DNA from: Chrysemys picta bellii
Taxonomy: Eukaryota
Direction of reading: 5' to 3'
NCBI RefSeq assembly: GCF_011386835.1
Contig: NC_088811.1
Location: 12,524,001 to 12,588,000 of the forward strand
Length of the DNA stretch: 64,000 bases
Shown here: positions 35,100 through 46,098 of the stretch, piece by piece
How the letters are laid out: each line of letters starts with the position of its first letter
Position numbering within the stretch: the first letter of the stretch is position 1
Notes under the pieces: generated by a model
Database searches by the model: none
Told to the model about the DNA's origin: nothing
Seen by the model: the letters and a program-made list of their open reading frames with translations, nothing else
Translations under genes and position numbers: made by a program

Positions 35100-35467
35100 T
35101 TAGGAAAATACTGCTCTATCATGAATTCACTCTTCAGCCTTGTGCTTAAAACACAAGAGGCCATAAAAATGACTCCATTTACAGATTTTCAGGGGAGATC
35201 TAAGCTCCGACACATAACGTTCTCTTCTAATCTTACTGACTGGGTTCTTCTGAAACAGATAAAGCTGAAGCAGAGGAGTGGATTTCAGAGGGAAATGGAT
35301 TTCCCAGTTTAATTTAAAATGAATTTGTTTCATCATATTAAAAAGACAATCAATTATTGAAAAGAATCTCCCTACAGATTATGTAAATATTTATAAATAT
35401 AAATAACAGTGATAATTATGTATATATTAGTGTGTGTGTGTGTGTGTACACACACACACACACACAC

Positions 35468-35667
35468 ACCCCTCTACCCCGATTATAACGCTGTCCTTGG
35501 GAGCCAAAAAATCTTACCACGTTATAGGTGAAACCGTGTTATATTGAACTTGCTTTGATCCACCGGAGTGCGCAGCCTCCATCCTCCCCCCGCCCCCCCC
35601 GGAGCGCTGCTTTACCATGTTATATCCGAATTCATGTTATATCAGGTCACATTATGTAGGGGTAGTG

Positions 35668-35670
<3 letters not shown>
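35468..35670. mobile_element. Tc1/mariner(pogo)-like MITE embedded in microsatellites
   Basis: Ends cc(c)ctctaccccg / ggggtagtggtg; repeated ttataac/gttata motifs. Confidence 0.6.
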
Positions 35671-35704
<34 letters not shown>

Positions 35705-36261
35705 TATATATATAATGTGTGTGTATAAAATTATATATATAACTTCATTAAGGTTACAGAGCCAAGCCCTCAAAAATTAGGAAATGCCAGAATTAAGGGT
35801 GACTTGGTGACTGTGCACCTTTAAATCAGCCCCCTTGTGCTGTGCTTTATGATCGTAGGTGAGGGGGTTATTAAAGACTATCTTCCCCTCCACGAAACCT
35901 CTCCCTCATTCTGTCCACAGGATGAAGGGTGCTCTCTTAATGAGCAGCCATTCATTAGGTTTTTTTTTTCTCCTCATTCTTCAGTGTGTGGCCCTGGGCC
36001 TTATTTGCTGCACACAGTTCAAACCCTGCTCTGAAGAATTATTAATGCCCTTGTGGGCTTTTCTGTGACACTCATCACTATGGTATCTGAGTGCGTCACA
36101 AATGCTAATGCATTTATTTTCACAGCACCCTTGTGAGTTGAAGGGGTGTCATTCCTGGTTTACAGATGGGAGAGCTGAGACAGAGATTAAGGTCCAAAGT
36201 ATCCACTAATTTTGGGTGCCCAATTTGAGATGCCTAGGACCCAATTCTCTTATTTAATACA

Positions 36262-37093
36262 TAAGCCCCTTTGTTTTCAGTTTAAACCATTTTTTACTGA
36301 AAAATTCTCCGGTTTTACAAAAAGCATTATTCAGTTTTTTCCAATTTTCACCCTACTTTTGTATCATTCAAATGTATAAAAATAACTTGTTTTATTAGGA
36401 AAATACAATACATTGCATGGGATCTATGTATTACGATAATACATTAGTCTGTGTGTATGCAAAGCTGCCTGTTGAAGTAAGGCTGTGTATTAGTCTCTAG
36501 AAGATACACACAATAAACAAACAGGCCCGCACACAAGCTCTGAAGTGCGTGCACATCTGAACGTCCTGATGAATCTCACATACACATTTCAAGCTGCTAG
36601 CAGATAACCACTTAAAGATTTGACAGTAAAATGGGAAGAAAACAATCTATCAGAATACACTTCAGAACTTAAGGAAGTATTCAAAAGTTTTAAAAAAACA
36701 AAAACAGGAGAAAAGGACAGAGTTATGTGCTACACATGGTGTGGCCTAGTTATTAAATGTAAATACGGCGAATAGTTCTAAGTCTTCAACAGTAAACTGT
36801 TTATTCAAACAAAAAGTTTTATTTGGAGATGAGAGATTATTTTCTTAAACTCAGAGGTGGCCTTGTGTTCTGAGTTCTGTTTTAATTCTGCAGCAAACCA
36901 CATTGATGAATGGAATTCAAAGTATTACTTTACTGAATATTCCCCCTCCCCCCCCAATCTTTTTGTCCACCAAAATAAACCCTGATATTTACCCAGAAAA
37001 AATGTTTGCACTGATTTTTCACCTGTTTTTGTTCTGGTGATGATAAACACTGACATTCCCAGGAAAAATAAAAACTGAAAACGAAGGGCCCTA
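36262..37093. mobile_element. hAT non-autonomous element (832 bp)
   Basis: TIR TAAGCCCCTTTGTTTTCAGTTT vs TAGGGCCCTTCGTTTTCAGTTT (19/22); perfect 8-bp TSD ttaataca. Confidence 0.85.
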
Positions 37094-37449
37094 TTAATAC
37101 ACCATTCTATGGCACATCCTATATTCCTAGCTCAGCTCCCACTGACTTCAGGAGCAGCTGTGCAACTGACCCCAGGTCCCAAGATGGGCACCCAGAAAAT
37201 GAGAAGCATGCCACTAGTGACTACCTGTGAAAAGTGTGATTAAATTCCTTTCCCAACATGGCATAGGAAATCGGAGGCAGGGACAGAAGCCAGTTCTCCA
37301 GGGCAGCATTCAACTACCTTATCCATACCGCCCCCCCGCCCCCTCTTCCTGCAATCCCCTCCCTCCTTTAGGACCCAACTTGGGCAGCCAAAGAAACACT
37401 TCTGACTAGGGCTGGACTTGGCAGCTTTATTGGTGTTCTTTTAAGGTAG

Positions 37450-38450
37450 TTAGTTTTGTGTCTGTAATGGGGGTGGGGGGGCCTGTGTGGGAATGAGTGG
37501 GCATGAGAATTCCTGGCTGCAGCTGTAGCTTTGGATGTATAGGGCCCTATTCTGCCTTCCCTCGCCCCCTGGTGGCCCCACTGAAGCTAAAGGGCTGTAA
37601 GGGAGCCGCCCCCACCCCCACCCTCCAGCCAGGCAGGCCGGACGCAGCAGGGCGCTGGCAGGAGCCTCCGCTCCTTGTTCCCCATCGCTGGGACACCGCC
37701 CCTGGGTGCTCCCCCACCCCCATCTCTCGGGCCCGATTCCTGCTCCCCACCCGGCCCGTGACACCATCTTTCCCCACCCTGCAGCCGGCTCAGCCCGGCC
37801 TCTGTGCTCCCTGCCCCAGCGCCCCGCATCCCCTGCGAGGGACAGAGCAGCTGGGGTCGGGGGGGGGGATCTCTCTTCATCCCCAGCAGGGAGCCGCTTC
37901 CTCCCCGGGGGCGCCTGGTGCGTGCCCCCCACCCTGCGACGAGTCAGCTGCCCCGCCCCAAGCTCTGAGCCCCTCCAAGCCCAGAGCTGGGGGGCCTGGC
38001 TCTGCTGGACGGCCCCTGGCCCAGCCGTAGGCTTGGGTGTGTCTGTCCGTCCCTCCCTCCAACCCAGGCTGGCGGGGGCGGAGAAAAGGCTCCCTCGGGG
38101 TGAACCCGCCCCTCTCCCTGCCCGGCCCCGGGGGATGCACCTGGCTGGATCCCCCAGCTGACAGCCCAGACTGGGCGAAGGATGGTGCCGCTAGAGCCGG
38201 CCGAGGGGGCCCCCTAGCGGATGCCGCGAAGCGCGCACGCTGGCGGCTGTCCAAGGTGCTGAACAGGGCCAGTCCTGAGCCAACGCATGGTCCAGGTGTT
38301 TCCACCCAGCCTCGCACAGGTCCCTCCATCTCCCTCGGGTCTCTAGCGCCTAGTGCCAGCAGGTGGTCCTCCCTCTCGCTGCTGAGGGTCATGCAGCCAG
38401 CGCCCCGAAAGGGCTGGGCTGTTAAGGTGTGGGTGGCCCTGTGCCCTGGG
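37450..38450. promoter_or_regulatory. CpG-rich island 3' of the RNP-like gene
   Basis: Visibly high GC and retained CpG relative to flanks (not computed). Confidence 0.6.
38243..38263 (-). promoter_or_regulatory. RE1/NRSE element in CpG island between the RNP-like gene and BNP
   Basis: TTCAGCACCTTGGACAGCCGC; 17-bp core identical to the ANP 3'UTR site. Confidence 0.85.
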
Positions 38451-39084
38451 AACCGGGCCTGGTGTATGCTGGGCCAGGCTGTGCTGACACTCCACAGCGA
38501 TGCTGAGCGAGCATTTCAACCCAGAGCCCGCCACCGTCCGGTGCCCCGAGGAGCCCAATCTACTCCGCCATGGGGCAATCTAGGGGGGCTTTACCAATGA
38601 GAGAGAAGAGTTTCCCCCCCCCTCAAAAGCACCACTTGCACTGGGGTAAAGCCGGAGTGACTTCATCACCTCTGGGGGGAGCCACTCCCCATTGACCCCA
38701 GTGGAAAATGAGAGCAGAATTGGACCCTCGCGTGGGATGACTTCCTCCAAGTAACCCAGCCCAGTTGTGCAAGTGATGCGTGAGCTTTGCGGGGGCACTT
38801 CGCGTGGGTCAGGAAACTGGTCCCAGGTCCCCAATGCCCCGTCAGAAAGGACTCGCTCCTCGCGGGCCTCCAGAATGAAATGAGCGGTTTATACAAAATA
38901 TTTATTGATACACGCCACGGCTGTCAATTAACCATATATACAACGCGAATTCATCCACCAGCCAAGCCCTGTTCAGGCGTGACACATGTTCCGCTCGGGA
39001 GGGGTCGAGGGCTTCCCACCACGTTACCAGTCCACACAAAAGAGGCTCAAAAATGTCGTGGGAGGCTGGTGGGAAGTTCTAGAT

Positions 39085-39113
39085 TCAGCTTCTCGATCTC
39101 CTCTTCCAGGAAC
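39085..39113 (-). CDS. RNP-like exon 3 coding part (RSWKRRSRS*)
   Basis: tctctttccccccttggttctag acceptor; TGA at 39085-87. Confidence 0.8.
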
Positions 39114-40076
39114 CTAGAACCAAGGGGGGAAAGAGACACAATGAGCACCACGTTCAGACTCTCCGCTTCTCTTCTAGGCTAGAGCAGCTCCTGTCACCAC
39201 GCGGCTGGACAGCTGTCTGCTTGGCCTACGGGTAATATAAGGGAGCTGTAGGGCCCCACTGTTCAACCCTTTCCAACCGGAGCCAAGGCCTGCCCCCCAC
39301 CCCCACCCCCAGACAGGGGATGGGGAAGAATCTTGCAGAGTTGGGTCGGGCCATTGCCAGCCATGCCTCCTAAGGCTGGTGCTGTCTCCTGGCGAGGTGG
39401 GGAAGAGCTCTAGACACGCCGGGGCCGAAGGCAGGCTAAGGGTCTAGCTAAGACCTACGGGCTTTGAAGATGTTGCACCCAAGTCCTGTCTGAGAGCCGA
39501 TCCTCTCGATCCTGGTCCCAAAACACCCAGAGAAGTGTCTCATCCTCCGGGGAGAAGCAAGGAGGTTCCTCCACCGACTCTCCACGGGATCCCGGGGCTG
39601 GAGCTGGGTAGCGGGGCTGCTGTCCGGCTCAGCAAGGTCCCAGCTAGGGTCGTCCTCTTCCGCCCCGTAGTCCAGGCTCTCCAGCTCCAGCGGCTCCCCT
39701 TCCTCCCCCTGAATTTTCTCCTTCAGCAGCTCAAGGAGGTCCTAGAACAAGAGAAGAGAAGACCGTGATCAGCTCCCGCGTAACTGACCAGGGCATCCAG
39801 TCCCTGGGGCGGGGCAGAGGGGGCCACAAACCGGACCTGTCCTCTCTCGGATTGAAAATCACACTGCTCGGAAGGGGGCTCTGCCCCCTTGGCCTGCTTG
39901 TTACGGTGCCTAGTGCTAACACCAGCTCCCCACCCCACCCCTGTACCGCCTCTCCTCACCTGCAGGGACTGGAGCTCCTGGCTGGTGTATTTCCTGGACA
40001 GCGGGTGCCCGCCTGCTGGCCCCCACAGGCTGAGGAGCAGCAGAGCGGCCCAAGAGCACAGGGCTGCGCCTTTCAT
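39085..40076 (-). CDS. RNP/VNP-like natriuretic peptide precursor (142 aa) with long basic C-terminal tail
   Basis: complement(join(39085-39113,39459-39741,39960-40076)). Signal [23 protein letters not shown]; ...[51 protein letters not shown] at 40147-53; AATAAA at 38901-06. Confidence 0.88.
39459..39741 (-). CDS. RNP-like exon 2 (DLLELLKEK...GCNIFKA)
   Basis: ttctcttgttctag acceptor; C|GTAGGT donor (phase 1); hand-translated 94 codons + 1 nt. Confidence 0.92.
39960..40076 (-). CDS. RNP-like exon 1 (MKGAAL...ELQSLQ)
   Basis: ATG at 40076; CAG|GTGAGG donor. Confidence 0.9.
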
Positions 40077-41017
40077 CCTGCCCGGTTCTTGCTCTGCCTC
40101 CAGACCGGAGCTCCTGGGGGTGGGCGTGAACGGCTGCTCCGGCTTCCTTTATAGCCGCCCTTCGCCTCCGGGCGGCTTCCTGCCCGAGCTCGGAATCCGG
40201 GCACTCGGCCCTGATAAAGGAACTGGTTGCAGCCAGTGGCACTCGAGGTTACCCTTTCGGAAGCGGTGTGTCCCCCGCCTGGAGTAGCGGTCGGGAGCCT
40301 GGTCCACTCCAGCAGAGCCCAGCCGCCCTGGGGGATCAGGGCATTTCAAGTGCCTCCTTCGCGGTCCCTCTCTGGGCAGCGCAAGGGAGGCAATGACCGC
40401 GTGGTCTCCCACGTTCCCAGCAGTCGCCATTTGGCTAGCGCTTGATGGATCGCCTGGGATCCCTTCAGTGCCTTGGGCACGTCCTCCTGACCCATGGGAA
40501 ATGATCCATTGCTCACCCGCCGTGAAGGGAGATCAACCCCCCTTCTTGGGCCAGTCTGCAGCCTCCTGTAGCTGGGGGAGGGGAGCAAGGGGGTGCAGAG
40601 CGGGTTTGGAACCGGTGTCTCTGCTCCGCTTGCAGCAGTTCACACCGGCAGCGTTTGTGTCTCTTTCAGTTTGAGCTTTAAAATGAAATGGGAAAACAGA
40701 CACGTGTTAGGGAAATCTCACTGCCAAGGCCTCTCCCACCCCGGCAGACCCTGTGCCACTGACCAGCTCTGCCATGTTCCACTCTGGTCTGGGGGCCATC
40801 GGGGTTAGTTACTTGGCGACTAGAGGTGACCGCCAGTGGTGGCATTAGTTACCAGCTTGTATTACTTTTCCCCATTGGACATACTGTGCTGCCCTGCTTG
40901 GCCACTTGCAAGAGCATCGCCACCGTTCTGTGGGCAGGGATGCTCCCTATTACGTGCCACCCATGGGTGTCTGTGTAACAATCTTTCCATCACGCTATTT
41001 TCAAAGGACTTCAGCTT

Positions 41018-41259
41018 TGTCTGCACTGGGAATTTCCCTGACCTCAGCCACAGATGACCAGCAACTGGGGCAGCTCCCTTCATGTAGACAAGCATCGCAG
41101 TGATTTTACACCCCCGGAGTTTACTCCTGCTTGGAAGTGGGGTAAGTTGCACTGGTCCAGATCACAGCTCCTTGACCATGCCTAGATTTTGCGTTGGGGC
41201 AACTACACCATTTGCTGGTCATCTGTGGCTGAGATCAGGGCAAATTCCCAGTGCAGACA
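41018..41259. mobile_element. MITE with about 60-bp terminal inverted repeats (Harbinger-like ends)
   Basis: tgtctgcactgggaattt..cagccacagatgaccagca at 41018-78, mirrored at 41196-259. Confidence 0.7.
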
Positions 41260-42156
41260 GGGACTCAGTTGCACTTCTCTTTTCTGTGCATTTTTTTTAG
41301 TGCATCCAACGCCAGACTTTTTGGTGCCGTGGGAACTGATTGAGCCCTGGGTTTTGGTAGGACATCCTTTATTTTTCTTCCTCCACATTAAAACGCTGCT
41401 TTCTCCAAGACTGCAGAGGATGGCGTAAACCTCCCTATGACGTTGTGTGCCAGGCAGCTAATCTCCGTTTAAGATGTACCAGAATTTCATTGGACTATGT
41501 TTGCTGTCAAGTGCCAGCACTGCCAGTTTATCCCCTTGTCGTAAAACAGCTACTTACTCCCCAGTGGCTTTCGACAAACTAGCCATCATGTGTAAGGTGA
41601 CGTGTGCAGGCCGGTCACCCCTCGCTCGCCATGTCTCGTCCTTCTGCCTGTAAATGATGGGGCGCTGTGTCCTCCTCACCCCACACACTTGTATTCTAAT
41701 GCGAGAAATTCCTAAGCAACAATCATCCTTCATGGAAAGTCCAGCTGTTATGCTCAGAGGAAGAGGTCACCTTATTAATCATTCATTTTAGACTCCCTAG
41801 ACAACAGCACTTGTATCATTGAACTGGTTACTGTAATGGATGGCCCGCCTTTCTGCAAGGTCCTCACGGATTGTTTTGCCTTGGGCGTTGCTACTGTTTC
41901 TTATTAGCCTTAGCCAAACAAGTCCTTCTACAAATGACCAAAACCAAGTGTCAAAGGGGATAATTTCTTTGGTACTGAGGCAAATCTCCATCCTCTGAAG
42001 CATCAGGGATGGCCAAGGCTGGAGATAGGATGTTGGCTGGGGAGGCACCAGGGCTCTGAGGTGGTGCGAAGAAGGCTGTAATACTTTGGTCTAATTTCCA
42101 TGGTTGGGTTTAATATGAAGGTGGTGGTCTGTGATCTACAGAAGGTCAGCCTGGAT

Positions 42157-42352
42157 CAGGGTCGGCTCCAGCATTTCTGCCGCCCCAAGCAAAAAAAAAA
42201 AAGCCGCAATCAGTGGCAGCAGTTCAGCGGCAGGTCCTTCACTCCTAGAGGGAGTAAGGGACCTGCCGCCCCCGAATTGCCGCAGGTGCCGCCCCTCTCC
42301 CTTGGCCGCCCCAAGCACCTGCTTGTTAAGCTGGTGCCTGGAGCCGGCCCTG
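42157..42352. mobile_element. hAT MITE
   Basis: TIR CAGGGTCGGCTCCAG / CTGGAGCCGGCCCTG; perfect 8-bp TSD gcctggat. Confidence 0.92.
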
Positions 42353-45076
42353 GCCTGGATGACCCAGTGGTCTCTTGTGGCCTCAAACTCTGACTCTAAA
42401 TCCTGAGGGCCTCACTCAGTTTTCACTTAGTCCTTATGTCAATACAAGGAACAGAGGCCGTATTCTCCGGCTGGGAGGGCACTGGACTGGGAATCCTCGT
42501 TTCTGGCACCACTATTGTCCTGCCAGGTGACCTTGGGAAAGTCACTTTCCCTTTTTCCTCCTCCTGCCCTTCCGGACTTGTCTGTTTAGCCTGCAAGCTC
42601 GTAGAGTTTGTACAGTGTCCAGTGGATTGGGTTCTGATCTCTGCTGGGGCCTTTAGATGCCACGGTAATAATAGATCTCCCAGGGCCTCATCCAAAGCCC
42701 ACTGAAGTCAATGGGAGACTTTCCACTGAATTCAATGGCCTTTGGAGCAGGTCTTCAATGGGAATTTTGCATGAATAAGGATTTAGCCCTATGGCAATCA
42801 AATGAGCAGATCTGACTTGGACACGTGGCTACATGCTGGGATGTACTGAGCATCTCTTCCAATCTGGGCCTCAGGGAGCAGACGTTGAGTAAGATGATGC
42901 CATTGACCCTTTCAAGGCCAGAGGTCATTGTACTCCATTCCTAGCATTCTACAGAATGTGTTTTTCATCTTTAAAAAGAAGGGGGCGGGAGGCACTTCTG
43001 GTCTTCTCGGCTACTTTCCGACCCTCCATATGTAAATTCATGCTCTGCTGTTTTGTTCTTCCACTCCAGTCAGATTGAAACAACCGTGCTGCTCGAGCAA
43101 TGAGCTTTTTTCCCATTTCGCTGACTAGCAGGCTAACTTTAAAGGTTAGCCCTGAACATTTAAATACTAATAGTAATAAGCAAGTTACCGAAAGGGCAAA
43201 CGCATCCAGCATGAGTCCTTGGGATTTAATTAGAGAACCTTTGATGTGATATAAATTGTTCCCCGTGACATTTTGAAAAATAGCATTTTGAAACGATGAG
43301 CCACAATGCCCAGGTGATAGCTTTCGCTGGTAACGCAGCATCCTCTGCAGAATCCAAGGTCTTGTCCATTTCAGGTACACACTTGTTTACCCTTCCTAGG
43401 ATTCTGTTCAAAAGCGGGCCATTCCCAGTCCTAAACCACAGCGATAGAGATTCTGATCTCCATGACAACGGTGTAAATCCGGAGTAGCTTCACTGACCCA
43501 GTGTACACCAGTGTAATGGAGACTGGCACAGGATGGTCAGGAAGTAAGCCTCCAGAATCTAGTGCTAGAGAGGAAGAGAGACGCCTGCCAGTAGATTTCT
43601 ATTACCCCTGGCCAAGGCTTGAATTGGGCTAGATTCCATTGGGTCACAGATTTGGGTCTAAGGTTGTGATGAAGGGGAAATTACAAGTGTATTTGAACGG
43701 GTTCTCAGAGCCCTACTAACTCTCTGGGGCTGGGCCCACCTTTGTTCTGTGTTGGTACAGAGCCCAGCCCAATGGGCTCCTGGCCTACGATTAGGGCCCA
43801 TAGGCACTACTGCAATACAAATTATAACAATAACATCATCACACGCTAATAAGACTCCACCATCTGTGACTAACTGACCTAGCACTGCTGAGAGACCTCA
43901 AATTGATTCATTTCCCAGGCCTGTTTCTTCTCCCTGGCATTGGAGGAACCAGCTAGCTGAGGAGGTTATTGAAGCTGGGTGTTTGGTTTTCTCAATTATC
44001 AGTGGAGCAATGAGCAGCCTGTTCTGTTCCTTTATAATAGTTAGGAGAATGCAGCTGTTGTAAGAGTACCATCCACATGGGATGGGCATGGATTGATTGA
44101 ACGATGATAGCCTATATCAAAACCAAGATAATACATAAATGAAAAGTCCCAGCTGGTCCCTGATACGCACTGCATTGTCCTCATTAGAGCATCAAATCCG
44201 CATTAAATATGAGAAGTGGTGTTATTTGGCTTCCATCTCCCTGCCTATGCAGCCCTGACACTCTTTATAACTCCAGATCTTCCCTCTCCTCTGGAATGGA
44301 ATCATTCGGCCTTCAAGGTCAAGAAGCTCTCAGTAGCTAAGAGGAAAAGTGACCTCTGACCCAAATTCTTTAGGAACTTTGGGCCAGATTTTGAGTTCAG
44401 TTAAACCAGTGAGAAGCCAGAGTCACTGCACTGGCTTACAGGGTGGCTTTGCACTGGTATAACTGAGAGCCAAATCCGCTTCTATTTTCTCTTCCGCCTC
44501 TGGAAAGCAGCATTTGAAGCAACCAGCTACGATGAGAACATAATGGACCTTGAAGTGAACTAACTGATTTAAGAGAAACCAAAGAGAAGGCAAAACTTCT
44601 AAAAAAAACCCATTGGGCCAGCATTAGCCGTCAGTTACCCCAGAACCATTCCACTGAGTGAAACAAGCGAGAGCACAATGCGGCCTTTTCATGTTCAAAA
44701 CCACAGTTGTTTTCACTAAAACCAGGTAAATAACATTAGAGTTCATCTGCCATCAATAACCTATCTAGATTATCTCCTTGCAGCTTTTGCTAACAAGTAG
44801 CAATTTTCTTAATTTGTATTTTTTTTCTTTGACTCGTGTTTTTTTCTCTATGGCTTGATAGCCATTGTTCAATAGTCCAATCAGGAGCGGTATTGCTGAG
44901 CTGTGATTGGTCAGGTAGGTCACATGTTTAATTCCCCATTGACTCTCCCTGTCATATCACTGGCAGGATTTTTGTATTTTGGCAGTTTATTTTTGTCCAT
45001 CCACTATTATTTGTGCAGGGCTCTGAGGTGTTTGGATGAAGGGGGTGACAGAAGGGCAGAGTGGTGCTGTTGGTTC

Positions 45077-45600
45077 TAGAGATGGGCAAATAATAGACTT
45101 CTCGGTTTGGGAGCTGAACTGAAAAATCTGATTTGATTTGAACCAAACTTTTTTTAAAAATGTCTTTTTATCAAATGGGGGAAAAAAATAATTTAAAAAA
45201 TAAATCAGTTGAAGGGTTATGAGCTGACCCAAACAATCTTTTTTTCCAAGTATTTCAATTCATTTTGAGTTGACCAAAACCAATTGTTCTTCCAAGGTTT
45301 TTTGTTTCGACTTGGCTGTCTGGGGTGCCTATTGTCATTTCCTTGAGTGGGGTGGGTTTGTTTGTCTTTCTGGTGTTTAATTGGCCAGATTTGAAAGCAT
45401 GATGTTATCCCAAATCAAAGTCACAACAAAACATTGAGACCTTCTTTTTTTTTTCCTTCTTCCCCCCTCCCCGCCCGCCCAAACCAAAATTATTTGCCCA
45501 ATTTGGGTCCAAATTCAGTGAATAGTTTTGGACCCTGAAAAATGCATTTGTTTTTTCACTGAAAAAAACAATGAGTGGAAAAAAGCCTCACCCAGCTCTA
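45077..45600. mobile_element. Old hAT-like MITE
   Basis: TAGAGATGGG / CCCAGCTCTA ends; TSD gttggttc/gttgttac (6/8). Confidence 0.65.
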
Positions 45601-45776
45601 GTTGTTACCAAGCACGGCCCCGATCCTGCAGCTGAATCCATCTGGGTGACCCGTTGACTTCGGCGCGGCTCCCTGAGGGTGTACAGGTCGGCACGCTCTA
45701 ATCCACGGGTCTGCAACAGGACATTCATGACTGAGGACTATGTCCGTGTTCTGTCTAGATGCTATTCTTCATTAGC

Positions 45777-46098
45777 TCATAGAAAAGAAGGGATCTAAAG
45801 TGGTCATCTAGTCTGTCCCCTGTGCTGAGGCAGGATGAAATATGCCTAGACTATCCCTGACAAGTGCTGGTCTAACCTATTCTTAAAAACCTCCAGGGAT
45901 TTATTCCACCACCTCCCTTGGTAATCTGTTGCAGTGCTTAAATATTAGAAAGAGTTAGAAAGCTTTCCTGCTATCCTATCTAAAGCACCCTTGCTGCAAA
46001 CTAAGCTGATTACTTCTTGTCCTACCTTCAGTGGACATGGAGAACAATTGATCACCATCTCCTTTATAACAACCTTTTACATATTCGAAGACTATGTC
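45777..46098 (-). mobile_element. Degenerate CR1 3' fragment
   Basis: Antisense CR1-type text: tcataga...ggtcatctagtc...tccaccacctcccttgg...tacttcttgtcctaccttcagtggacatggagaac. Confidence 0.7.

Noticed and set aside
38130-38270. Apparent similarity of LDSRQRARFA...GLSAG to the CNP pro-region VDTKSRAAWA...GLSKG (a possible fifth NP relic)
   Set aside because: No Cys ring follows in any frame I translated; FSTLDS is simply the RE1 sequence read as codons; low-complexity GC-rich context
37450-38600. Several 150-190 aa overlapping ORFs on both strands
   Set aside because: Expected stop-codon scarcity in a GC-rich island; Pro/Gly/Ala-rich with no recognisable domain
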